Below the pieces are notes generated by a model that saw only the letters and a list, made by a program, of their open reading frames with translations, did no database searches and was not told where the DNA came from. 64,000 nucleotides of DNA from Lingula anatina. Its lineage: Eukaryota; Animalia; Brachiopoda. The stretch covers positions 19,716,001 to 19,780,000 of the forward strand of contig CM120645.1 of NCBI GenBank assembly GCA_051362555.1. Reading direction: 5' to 3'. The position numbers were made by a program, and so were the translations under genes. Positions 23,590 through 37,903 of this stretch are shown here, piece after piece; within the stretch, counting starts at the first letter, position 1; every line of letters begins with the position of its first letter.

Positions 23590-26500
23590 ATGCCAGAGAT
23601 TGAGAAGCTTCACCTTGAGGATGCATTCGAAGATAGCCCACAGGTAAATAGACGTTTCATTCGGTAATAATACAGGTCAATTAATCACAAGACACCAATT
23701 GCTTGCTTGTTCAGTGACAAGTCGTTGCCAATGTCATACGTGCAGTGTTGTATGGAATGTGGTGTTTAATTAATATTATTGGACTCCTTTTTCCCGTTGA
23801 AGGCAGTCAGAACTTAGATTGCTGTGACAGATTTATGAAGAGAAGGGAAAATCAGTTGAATAGAAAATTTGAAGAACTAAGATCGCATTCACAATGAGTT
23901 GAGCCAGGCTTTACAAATCCTGGGGACTAATTATGGCGGTCACACATGAAAGAAAAACCGCCTAATCTTTTAATAGTCTCTCCGCCTCTCACACGCCTCC
24001 CCACACGTCGTCCCTGCGGGGGGACAGTCATTAAATCTCTGCTCCATTGGGACGACACATGGGGAGGCGTGTGAGAGGCGGAGAGACTATTAAAAGATTA
24101 GGCCGGTTTTCTTTCATGTACGTCCGCCATATTTAGTCCCCAGGATTTGTAAAACCTGGCTCAACTCGTTGTGAATGCGATTTAAGTTGTACATGTATGT
24201 GTGCATTTTTGAGCTGATGAATGTCCCAGGTCTTTAGCTTGGAATTAAAAAGCAAATTTACCCAAACCGAAAAAAAATGCCCGAAGACCCCAGTTTGCTT
24301 TTTCATAAGTTACGGTTGTCCTGTTTCATTGTGTATGTGAGGTAAATCTCATATAATTAACCAGAGTATCACACCACAGAGTTCAAGCATGCACACAGAC
24401 GGGTTACTCAGTACATGTACACATAGTTTTTCCTATGTGGCAGTTTTTCCTATGTGGCATTGCATGGTGCTACTCTGTTTATTTTTATAAAAACAACATC
24501 TCTAACTATAGCATGATCAGTGAAGGTACTTGTACATATTTAAAAAGAAAGAAAGAAAAAAAAACAATGGGAATGCTTGCTACTGAAAAAATACCAGTCT
24601 CCCCTAATGTGGACTCTGCAGTTAGTTCAGTTTATGCACTGTATGTGCAGAAAAGTAAATGTATGTTTCTCTTTTATGCTTCATGGCATCTTGTAAATGA
24701 CCATTTCTGATGTTTACTCAAATCCTGAGTCATTATTTCCAATGTGCATTTTAGTAATGCCGAGTAAAAGTAGTTTTAGATTTTCTCTGAAAAGATCTGA
24801 CAGCCTACTTTATACATGTAGTATTATTTATTTTTTTTTTGAGGAACATTTCTGTGTCATCTGTTCTTTTTCTTTTGATGAATTATATGATCAACTAATG
24901 TGATTTGACTTACTTGTACTTTTAAAATATTATTTACTCTAGTTAAATTGGTGTATGAAGAAGTATTATTACTTAGAAAATATATTTTTCTGAATGCTCC
25001 CTGCATCCCCTTGAGCTGACTGGAGAGAAGTCGGCTCTTTCACACAGAAACTTTAACTTTAAAGTCCATATTATGATATATCACTAAGGGCACAGTGCAT
25101 TCTGACTGAGGGTTGCTAGTATTTTTTGACTAATACAGCTTTTATCATCTTGGCTACTGTATATTGTGGTATCACTAAGGGTTTGTACAGCTTTTTGACA
25201 CTTTTATTATCCTGGCTAGACAGGAGTGAGTTAATCATTAAGCTGTGGAGGCACCCAGTGAATGTCCTGTGTTTGATAAACATATCTCTATGTATATGCA
25301 GTACTGAGTATATATGCTTCCACATCAAGGTCATATAATGTTCAATGTTATACAACATATCTGGTTGATCTCCTGCTTAATTATTCTATAATATGATTTA
25401 TGATCTTTCCTATTGTTTTTCGAGCTTTGTTGAAAGTGATAGATTCTGAAACAGAAACTTCAGACTAGGTCTGGAGCTTGTTTGTACTTCTAAGATTGGT
25501 TCTAGCCAATTTTGACTTTCCTTGGTTACTCTCAAATAATTTTGATTACTATATGCATTTATAGATTTTGTCATAGTGTCAACATATATGACCTTGACTA
25601 TAGACATATATGTTCTGGACCTAAAAGAACCTGTAGCAGGAATAGACCAGGTTTGCAGAATGAAAGAAGATTAACAAAAAGAAGATTACAACTCTACAAA
25701 ATCAATCTGCTTGGCTTCACCACAGGTGTAGAAAATATGAACATATGACATAAGGCTTGATTTGGTGGTATAGTTATATTGTAAACTTATGGCAAAGATA
25801 CTGATATGTATTTCCCTGCAAAAATTTGTCTCATTTAATGTTCACTTATGGTTCTCAATCTATTCTACCAGTAGAACATTTGGTGTATTTTTTTTACAGT
25901 TCTTATAATGTTCTGTAATGAATCTAACAGTTCCAGAACTGTTTTTGGGAAGTCCTTCAGAATGTCTTAGAGCAGATTAAGAACATTTTTCATCAAAAGA
26001 GAAAAACAGTTTGTATGTTCTAGGACAGACTGAGAACCGCACTGTAAGTGAGCGTTAAATGAGACAAATTTTCGCAGGGGTTTCTCAGTTTTCCACTTAT
26101 CTTCCTTGTTATTCACTGCATGGCACTGAGTGCAGTGTGCATTAAAATTTTTACATTGTTAATGTTATGTTGGATTGTACTGTATGTTTCTTCTCAGCAT
26201 TTCTTATTCATGATTATTAGCCTTTAGATTTTTGATGCCAAATGTCAATTTCCCTCAGCCTCTGCTGATAGTAAGGTGGTATGTGTTAAAGTTTTATAAC
26301 TTGATATGTCTGATAAACAAGATCAGCTGGCTTTACAGTTTGTACCTGGTGTTAATGGATCTGTTTTGTCCTAAATCTATCCCACCTCCCTCAGGGGAGC
26401 ATACAACCCAAGCAGAGGCATGTGTGGTGCTTGGAATTATATTTATAACAGCTACGGATTTTTGAGGAAAAAATAAAAAAGATGAGGATTTTTTGCGCTG

Positions 26501-27071
26501 TTTTATGATTATTTCAGCTTTTGGGACTTTGGAGTCACTTCCTATTCTGTGTTAATACAATTCCCAACCTTGTTTGGGTAAATGCACTTTACCAGAAATG
26601 AATAACTCCTTTATATTTATATAGTATTTATATTTACCACCACTGCCATGACCAGCTCCAAAAGAACTTAGGAGATCATGACACAGTTTCTGACTTTTAA
26701 ATAAATGATTGATTTCTCTATCAGAATTATAGCACATTTTGATTTATTAATTATTCAAGTGGCCTGTATATCGTTTGTAAACTGCCAATCATTTAATTTT
26801 AAGCATCAAGTATATTTGGTACTAGCTAGTAGCCTTCGTTTATATGTGTATACAATAGAAAGGTTAACATTTGTTTTAAAGAACTTCTCATTATTAATAA
26901 ATTTCACAAATCTATTGTACTAGACATTTTCCTGTCCCTTTTTGCAGAAGACAAAAATTGTAATAAAAAATATCTATAAGTAGCTACTAGTATACCTGTC
27001 ATGTATCATTTTTGTACCATGATCCCAGCTACTATAGAGTCATGAAGTTTAGGGCTATATTACACCTAGAC

Positions 27072-27118
<47 letters not shown>

Positions 27119-27834
27119 CATGCACTAGTAATGTTAAAGTTGCAATATTGGTAGTGTAATAGTTATGTTGTAGTTGTTGCATTGTTATTGTAACAGGTAA
27201 TCTTATAGTTGCAGCTTGGTATTGTAACAGTTATGTAACAGTTAGAAGGGGAGAATTAAAATAGTACAGAAAAGCGATCCTTTTTCTTAAAATAGTGAAC
27301 TCCTGTCATTGATATCATCCTTATTGTTATATAAATACCAGATGTGAATGATACATATGATTGTTTACGTAGCAGTCAAGATCTTTATCAGAATTTGTTT
27401 CACAGCCTAGAGACATATGTTTAGTAGCATTTTACCCTAGACATTTATTCCTCATTTTGTGTGTAAGCTGGGGACAGAGCTATAAATAGATCAGCAAACA
27501 TATTGATTATCCCTGTTTATTTTCTGTCAGTCTTTGCAAGTGTATTAGGTGTGTTTTAATTTCATAATGTAAATATTAAGGTGTCTTTAACAACTGCATG
27601 CAATGTACACATTTTGTTTTCTGGTTTGACATACATGTAAGTAATATAAAAATAGACATCTTGTATCATGTGATTTGGTTTAGTGAGTCAGCCCGTTTAT
27701 ATATTGACTCAGTGTGATGTTTTTCTTTTTCTTCCTTTTTTTTTAAAGCTGACTTGACTTCAATTGAATTGAATGGCTCAAATAATCACATGATTTCTTG
27801 GGTTCAAAACATTGTGATTTATCCTTTCTTTGAG

Positions 27835-27915
<81 letters not shown>

Positions 27916-30900
27916 AAAAAAGAAAGACACTTATTGACCATGTTTGTGTATGTATAATATATCACCATAAAAAGCACAATGATTTTTTTTAATTTTAAGG
28001 ATAATATCTTATTATTTCTTATAATATGAAACAAATGTATATATTATTTTCATGGTCTTTCAGACACGCAGTCTGTTGAATGTCTTTGAGCGTGATGCCA
28101 AGAGACTGAAGCGATATACTTCCAACTTACATGAGTGCTGTCAGAAGATTGTAAATGCACAGGTAATGTGACTGTTGTATCATTGCCATTGTAACATGTA
28201 ATGTAACTGTTGCAACATTGGCTTTGTAATAGTTAGGGTAACTGTTCAGGGGTCGAAATGTTTAGAAAATCATACTTTCCCTACCGGGAAAGTGATTTTG
28301 TACATTACTTTCCCTGCAGGAAAGTAGCTTTCCCTTACAACAAAATCATGAAGACCGATTTCCCTGATATTAAATTAGTTTATTTTAATATGATGATGAA
28401 TTATAAAGGAAATAACATATCTTTGAGAAATTAATGTTTATTGTTATGAAATAAACTAACATGGCATCCATATATAGTGTTTTTTATAACAACTGGGTAT
28501 ACGTATTTGTCAACATTAATGTGACTGAAATCTTAGTACCAAATACATATGCTGCATATGCAGTGCTGACTGGAAGGACCATTACAATGGCCAAGAGAGC
28601 ACAAATATTAGGGTAAATGTCTTTAAGTACAGTCAGCATTTTACTTAAAAAGGTTACTATGTCCTCGCCCTTTTCATGAAGTTCCAGCATGGATTTTTTT
28701 AACTGAGGCCATTCAGCCTGGCACATGTTTGTTATAAAGCCAGAGTTATCCAGTGTCCTCCTTAAATGTTCTGAAAGCCTTTCAATTGTCTCATCTCCAT
28801 ACTCGTCACTGTCTATATTCTCCATGGGTCCATCTTTGGCAGCTAAAAAGTAAGTATTAATGGTAATTGATTGATTGAAATTTTATTGCAATTATATACA
28901 GTTACAGAGAAATTACTGGAAACTTGTTCACTAGAATGGTAATGTGAATACTTAACTATGAACTGAAGGCAGACTCTGGACATGTCAATTATCATATAAT
29001 CATGGTCAAACCAATAAACAATTGGACTTATTTCTAGTGTGCACAATGATTAATTTCATTTGAAACTTGGGGCATTTTCTTAATAGTAGACAATTTTATA
29101 CCACTTAGTAAAGAGGAAGTTGAAGAAGTGCAGTGAAATTTTGATGTTAAAAACACTCAATTTTCAGAAGTATAAAGGGAATAAAGATATTAGGTCCTTA
29201 ATTATAAAGGCTAGAATAACCCATGGCATCTTTTAAAAGGTCATCAGTTTGGTAGGAGTTCAATGAAAACAAATTAATCACTAATCAAACAAGCTAAATA
29301 AGTCCAGGTGGAGCTCTTGAGCAGAGCCGAAAATTCGAGGGTAGGAAAAACTCGGTCTGTGAAAAGGGACGATTTGTTTTTCAGTACATCATGTCATCAG
29401 CAAAGAGAACGAGGTAGGGCAATTTTAATGTTTACTACGTAACAGAAAGGTAAAAACGTCTAGTTTATCATAAAATTTACAATTCGTTAGATATAAAACT
29501 TGTTAGGCGTTATTATTGTTTACGACGTACCTGCATCGTCGCCATGTGCACCTGCTTCACCTTCATTTCTTATCGTGTCTTGAAGTTAACATGTGTCTTG
29601 TTTAGCGAGTTTGCTTGTTTTTTTTCCTTGCTTTCGTCTTTGATTTTCCACTTGAGGAGCTCATGCTCAAAGAGATTCATTTTCTGACTATCAAACTCCG
29701 TCAAACTTGAGCCAGACTAAGCGCGCAACCTGAATCTTGCATCAGCTGATCGTGGATAAATGGCTGACTGATATTCGTTCCCCGTACTACGCTCTCTGGT
29801 TCCCGTTATTTGTGTAGGCTTGGACGATGCATTAACTTTGTTCACGCACATTAATTTGTTTCCGTGAGCTGCGTAGGTTTCTACCTCTCTATGTTATACA
29901 TGCTAGCTACACAGCTTTATCCTTTCTATGTCAATCATTGTGTAAATGGTATAGGGAACGAGTCAGATACAGTGTATACCACTGTAAAGAAATGCCTCGA
30001 GACGATTTTGATTGACAACTCTCTTGAAATTCAAAAGGAGGCCCCGTAACAATTTCTAGCTAGTCACGTGCGTGCGTCCTTAGTTTCATAGTGAGTACTT
30101 ACGTCTAGCTTACTTGCGTTGTGGAAAATAGTTAAATAATTAACGGCTTGTATCAGCACAACTTGGTGCCAGGAAATGAATTTCATTATAGGTAACAGTT
30201 CTTCGGGAAAGCGACCTCTAAGCGCGGTTTCCCGAAAGGTTTTTGCATTTCCCGGACATTTTCAATGATTTACCGGACGGGAAAGTAAGATATGGCTTAG
30301 ATTTCCCGAGCTCGCAATAGCTTTCCCGCGGGAAAGCGGGAAAGCAACATTTCGACCCCTGCTGTTGTATTAAATACTGTTATAAGGTATACAACTGTTA
30401 TAAGGCATGGAAAAGGTTATATAACCATTTCAAAATATTTTAATGGTAATGTATAAACTGTTGTGATATTGATATGAAAAATAAAGCATACTGGTTTTAT
30501 ATTTAAATAAAGATCTTCAGAAGTGTAAAAAATTAAAGAAATAAACAGTTTTATATCAGAGATTGTTATTATAAGTTTTTCCTGCAGTGATGAGTAACTT
30601 AAAATTGATGTCAGTGTCTCATTTTCTGCACAGATATTTGCATTTGGTTCAGTGATAAGTTTGACTTGTTACATAATTTTGTAAAATCTTTCAGAATGAC
30701 TTGACATTGGGACTGCAGAACTTATCTCAGCATCTTCAAGCTTATTCCACCATGGTGAGTTGACCTCATTCTAATGTAAATTTAATTTATTATTGAGTTA
30801 AAGAGAAAATTGATAATAACTGTGAAGAATAATGATAATATTTTTTCTTTATCACATGTGTACTGTGTTTCAGATATAAAAGTTGCACATTCAAAATCAA

Positions 30901-33900
30901 ATGTGTGATACATTTTTTTTTTCAGTTTTGAATATAGATTACGTTTTTTGCTAATGCTATTTTATGAAGAAATTTGGTGTCATAATATTTTTACAGCTGG
31001 ATATTTTTACAGTCTCTTGTATTGAAATTAATAATAATAATAATAAGAAGAAGAATTGTCATTCTTATATATTAATACTAGTATATATGTCATCATTATT
31101 TTTAATATTTCAGTTCCTCAATAAATTGTTTTATTAATTATTTTCTTTTAGGAGTTTCCACTGGAAACAGAAGACAGTATACTTTCCTCCACACTGAAAC
31201 AGTTTTCAGTACATGTGGAAGAGGTAAAGTATTTTCCATTATCAGTATTGAACTGCTCTCATCTTCTTTTATCAATTTTTTTAACTCTTATTTTTTCTAA
31301 GTTTTCTTAATAATATTTACGATATTCACGTTTTCCAGCTGTGTTCTATACAACAAATCCTTGCTGCTCAGTTATCAGATGGGATGATGTATCCATTGAA
31401 TAAGTTTCTTCAGGCAGACATAGCAGGTAAAGTTGAATGATACATCAATTAAATTTAAAAAAGAGAGACAAACCAAAACAGCTTTTTCATTTGCAAATTT
31501 TAAAATTTTAAAAATTTCCACACATGAAATTGAAATGCTTGTCACTTTTGAACTTCATAAGCATTTGATTGTCGTGGATATATACCACACCAAGAACTAA
31601 TACTACATGGGTCTGCTGGCTATGTGACACACCCTTTAACAAAACCAGGAAAAAGCTTGCTATTGAAAATTAGGATTGCGTTAAGTGTGCACGCATGTAG
31701 ATTTGAAAATTGACGTTCAGATTGCTAAAGAATTGGTATCTAAGTTATCAATCTGAATTTAAAAAAAAGGTATGAGATATTATTTCTTTCATTTTCTTTT
31801 TTTCTTTTTAATTTCAGAAATTGCCACCATGTATGAGATGTATCAAATTGCGACTCATGGTGAGATTTTTTTGCTTTTTTTTTAAATATATTTTTCACAT
31901 ATTATTTTAACACAAGTACTGAGAATTTCTCAGTGAAAAATATATTTGAATATACAAATTAAAAAAAATGTACGATTTAATACTGAAGTTTTACTTTTGA
32001 CTTTGATCTTGTTTTTATGTACTATACTCAGCCTGTTATTTCATATATGTTAAAAAGACAAACAAATTGCCCCATGTTTTTAACAAGAATTATACTTTAT
32101 TAAGACATGGAGCAAGCAATGCTGAAACACATGAAGATAAGGAAGAAAGAAAGTGAGAAACTGAAGCAAGAGGCATGTGAGGAAGTCTACATTGCCAGAA
32201 AGAAGTTTCATCAGGTGATATTTCAAGGGACTCATTCCTGACAAATCAACTTTTCCAATAAACTTGTATTTTAATACAAAAATCCTTAAAAGTAAAATGG
32301 TACTCATTAATAGGAAGTTGAGAGTTTTAGCCAGCAGATATTTAAATGATATTTTGTCTTTCAGACAGGTTTTAAGTAGTTCAGCACTCAATGCAAATTT
32401 AATTAAAATGAATATACTATAAGTATACCCATAACGCAGGACATGTAAAATTGCTTATTTTAATAATCTTACAATAGAGATGAACCTATTCAACTTTTTT
32501 AAAACTGACACTGTTAATAACTGTTAAAAAAGTACATTTTTGAACAAAAGTGAATCTCTTTTTCCAGACAGCACTTCACTACTTCACAGCACTGAATGCA
32601 GTACAATACAAGAGGAAGACTGCACTATTGGATCCCTTTCTTGGGATGCTGCATGCTTATAGAGCATTCTTTCACATGGGGCAGGATAGGTTCAGTAAAG
32701 AGGACATCGATGATTTTGTATCGAATATTTCTGCTAGTGTACAAGGGTAAATTTGGGGCTGTTTTTTTCTCTTTATTTCTGTAAATTCTTTTAGAAGTTG
32801 AATGTTGTTTTATGATTTTAAAGCAATGTGTTTTAGTTGATTTTATGAGCAGCATTTCAGACTCGTTATTTCTTGTGTCAAAATGAATAACTGAGTCTGG
32901 TTTCAGTTTGATATTGTCAAATAAACATCATTGTTAATATCTACATGTATCTGTTTTATGTAAACTTGAACAATACGTTACATTGATTGTGTCTTCATCA
33001 ATTTTGCAATCTGAGATGTTTTGCATTAGATTAAATTTTTTTTAAATATGTAATTGCTTACACTGTGTATATAAAAATCATTTTATTCCAGAGTTCATAA
33101 AGAATTAGCCCTAGAAACCCAGAAGACTATAGAACAGATGGACAAGCTGGAGGTAGAGACTAGTCCTCGTTACCATGTAGAGGTTCCTGCTGGTGAAGAC
33201 TCCAGACCTGTGAACACAATGCTGGGCCAGAAGTCTGGCTATCTCTGCCTGAGGAGGTGAGGAGATATCACTGGTGGATATGGGATTTTGCTTTGAGGGG
33301 GGAGGGAATAATTGAACAATGGCACATGGATGGAACATTGCTAGGGATTATCTCACACCATATCCAAAAACAATGAAAGGATTACAATGTTTAGAGTTAA
33401 CTCATTTTTGAGTTCTTAGTTTTTTTATTTTTGATAATTGGAGATGGAGACTGAAAAATTTCACCAAGAAAGATTAAAATAGAAATGTAGAACGTGTTTG
33501 GAGATGCTAATTGTCCTCACAGTTTTGGATAGGATTACCTTCGTGATTAGAGGTAAATTGTTGAAATTTCCAGAAAAAATAATTTTTAAGGTACTTAAAA
33601 TTCTAACATATGTATACCTAAAATCTGTTTATTTTGATAGTCCATTTCACTTTTTTTTTTGCCTCTGACTCTTATTATTTCAGTAAGCAGAATATGTTGG
33701 CTTCTTCCAAATGGGATGCACATTATTTTTTCACACAAGGAGGTAATTTGATGTCCCAAAACAGAAATGAGGTAAGTAAACTAAATGTATGAAACTTTGT
33801 TTACTTTGTTTGTTGAACTGATATTTACAATTAAAAAGATATTATTCAATAATGATATCATCTTATTGGCTATTTCAACTCATCAAATATGAGGAAGAGA

Positions 33901-34736
33901 GTAATGCTTACAATTTCTAATGACATGATTGCTTCTTTATCAAACATTCACTGCAAAGGCTATTTAAAGTGAATAGTAAATGTCCATTGCTTTTTATGTG
34001 CCCCAGCACATCCTGGCCTAAATGTACAGTTTGGCAAATATATACTTTAAGATATGCACAATGAGGTAACACTAAACCACAGTTATGAGAAATTATAAAT
34101 ATAAAGTTTCATTATAAATGAGGTTTAATATTTGAATATGATATATAATTTGTTGATATGGTTTCCCCCCAGCTTGCAGGCAGTCTGGTGTGTGACTTAA
34201 ATGAGGAGGGACTACATGTGGAGTCTACTGAATCTGATGACAGAAGATATGTGTTTCAAGTTGTTGCACCAGCTAGCAAAAAGTGTGTTTTTTTATTAAA
34301 AAAGAAAAATGTCAAAAAAATTGTTTGAGTTAAACTGAGATTGAGAGAAAGTATATACTAGTACATACATGTATTGTGTTTATGGAATTTGATGCATGTA
34401 CTAGTATTATATTTGTCTATTTATTATAGAAAAATTAATTATGATAATAATGAAATGATGAAAAAGTGTTATACACATGTACAGTGAACACACTCTTATG
34501 GCAGGGTGACAGAAATCTTTCTTTTTCCAAAATTTTTATTTCTTTTCCTTCTAAATACATGTTTTATTTGTTTGTTTTTTTAATGCCCAATCTGTAATGC
34601 CATGCGTACTGATTTACAATTCCTTTGTGTTTAGGACAATAATTCTTCAAGCAGAGAATGAAGTGGAAAAAGAAGAGGTGAATAAACGTGTAGATAACAT
34701 GACATTGTGTACATACATACAAGTTCACGCACACAC

Positions 34737-34779
<43 letters not shown>

Positions 34780-37700
34780 TGTATGGAGTAAATACATATG
34801 TGCACACACATTCACACCAAAGAGAGTGACATCTAGTTTCTGCAATTTGCAAGAAAATTAAGTCAAAACTGGGTTTTGCCTTCTGTGCTATATATTATTT
34901 TATTGCCAAGTGCAGATTACGTAAATAATTTAGCAATCATTTTAATCAATTAATCAATTATTAGTTTATGAATTAATTTTTTGGCCATTCTAGTGGATAC
35001 AGACCATAAAGAATATTGCTAAGGAAGGTGGATATGTGAAAGAAAGGGATCCTTCTGAAACAAATAAAAAGGTAGGCAAGACAGTTCAAGTATGTACTAT
35101 ATCCCCTTTTTAATGAAAGCCTTAATTATACTTTGGTTATGTGTTGTACATGTAAGCACATTTTTCTTTAATCTTTATATATGTATACCCAGTGTGTATA
35201 TTTTTGAAAGTTTTTTTAAACACATTTGCAAAAGGGATTTGAATATTGTTAAAAAAACTTTAAAATTCATAAGTGATCATTATAGGCATTTGGTGTGAAG
35301 TTTGCTTTAAGTTACAACATTTCATACAAACAAATGATCATTGCCTTTTGACATAATATTTATTTTTTCAGGAGCGGGCTGAAAGCAAAAGCAGAAGTAG
35401 GTCGGCCAGTTCAGATAGTGGCGCTGCCAAGCAGCAGTCTTCCTCATCAGGGTGGGTCATTGTTGAAAAAGTTCAGGGTGCTACCAGGTATTCCAAGAGA
35501 AACATGTACTTTGTTTAGAGAGGTCTTTTGTTATTGCTTCTTTAAAAATTTTTGTGATGATTTTATTTTATTTTTCAGACATTTTTTACTGACATTTTAC
35601 ACTAGTATACTGTAGATCTGTTGATGATTATTTCTTTTAAATTAATTCATTTTAAATAATTGTGTTTTAGCTGTACTGTATAAGTAGTTCCTGTTCTTAG
35701 ATTTCTTTGATTGGTCTCTTACAATGTAGATTGTCTATATAGCTATATAATTTTGATAATATTAAGCCTAGTTAGCTTTAGTCAGCAGTGCTTTTTCCTG
35801 TTATAAACTGCTATATACTCAGTAGCTATATAGTTTTGATAATACTATACCCAGTTAGCTTTATAGTCAGCAGTGCTTTTTCCTATTATAAACTGCTAAT
35901 TAAAAATTAGTTATTGCTTATCACAATAATTAATAAAATAATATATTGTTTGTTTACAGTGATGGTAACTATGATCTTTATCATACTAATATTTAATGAC
36001 TCATATTGAATGACTTGCATGCCCTATCCTTATAATTATACTGTCATGTTTCATTTGTTTTTGTGATTCATCTTTTTGTTAGTCTGAGTAGCTATAACAT
36101 AAGATATTATTTCGTGTAGAGATACCACACCGCCAGCCACTAAGATAGCACCCTCTGGTGACCTCGTGCTGAACACGCCCATACAGTTTGACCTTGCTTC
36201 ACCCACAGATGAGGTCAAGGACATTGGGGTCAAAGAAGGGCCTCAAAAGTAAATAACTTTCACCTTTTACATAATTTTTATGGGAATTTGGCAAAAAAAA
36301 TTCTGATAACATCATGGTATTCTTATATTAAGTAACTTTCACTATTATACAATAAATAGAGTTGAGATTCTGTTTTGAGCTTGTGCATTATACTGTACAT
36401 GTTGTTAAAATTTCCAGATCAATTTTTTGGCTATTTAAAGATCAAATGCACGATGTTTGCCTTAAGTTTCTTGCTGTTTTGAGACCATTCACATATTCCA
36501 ATTTCTATAGGAGGATTAACCCTTTTGACCAGACGTCCTTGCAGATGGTGGCAGATGACCATGGGGCAGGTGCTGCCTTCTCACAGAGTTTTCTAGTCAG
36601 ATTTCTTGGTTCCATGGAGGTTAAGACAGATAGAGGTATATATATTTAATTAATTGATTAATTTAAAGTTATAAATAAGTTGACTGACAATTAATTATAA
36701 GTTGTGTTTTTGATGAGGTTTTTACATTTGGGAAGTGAAACTTAATTTTACTTAATTAAATTATTATGTATTGATATGTTATATTATTAAAGATTACTTC
36801 TTTGTATAAATGCAGTTGTACTTTTTGCATGTGCATGTGTGTGTGTGTACATGTGCCTTTGCATTACATGTATGTCCATTTGTGTTCATACATTGAAAAA
36901 CAAATACATAAACAACATTAGAAAATTTGTAATAAGTTCCATAAATCTCCAGGTGAACAGCTGATTTATGAAACCATGCGTCAGATCATGGCGGCCAGAG
37001 CCATTCACAACATCTTCCGCATGGCAGAGTCTCACCTTGTGGTATCCAGTAATGAAATGAAGTAAGCCTCTATTTATGTTGTATTTGTAGTTGTAACTTT
37101 TATCTAGCAGCCTGTCTTTATTTAACAATATTTTAGGAAATAAGTTGTAATTTTATGTTTTTTTCATGTATATCCGTGTTTTTGACAGGATGTACTAGTA
37201 GTATTATAAGGTAAGGAAAATGTAGCATGCTTAAATGAGCTCATAATGATTTTGTTCAAGCTTATTTATAGAGATATGATAGTGAGAAACTTGAAACACA
37301 TATTGATAAAAAACTCTACTGTGATTTATTAAATGAGAAGAAATGCATGAAGCATAAGTAAATATGTGTATTTATATTTTCAGGAATGAACCCCTGACTG
37401 TACACAGTAGAAAATATTATAAAGATAATTGGCACAGATACCCATAGTTTTTTTAAATTACTGCTTCAGTAGTGCATTTAATTACAATAAAGAGACTTTT
37501 TCTAATACTTTTATGTAGTATTATGAATTGAAATTTTCTTCTAGACTGCTAGACCCAAGCAGTGGCAGTCCCAGGCTGAAGTTTAGCCTTATGGACGTGT
37601 CTTTCTGGGCTGCACATCAGGACAATAAAAGGTGAGGCTGAGATATGAGCTTTGAGTACCCAGGAATGGGATCAATTTTGATCATAAATGAGAACTCTTT

Positions 37701-37840
37701 TCAAGTTTAAGGTTTGATCCATTAATACATTAATCCGGTAATCCATTAATCAGGCATTTTAAGTTTGATGTGACAGTCATAGCTAACATTTATCAATAAT
37801 TCAAGGATTTTTTTAGTTTAAATTTATATTAACAAAAAAA

Positions 37841-37903
<63 letters not shown>

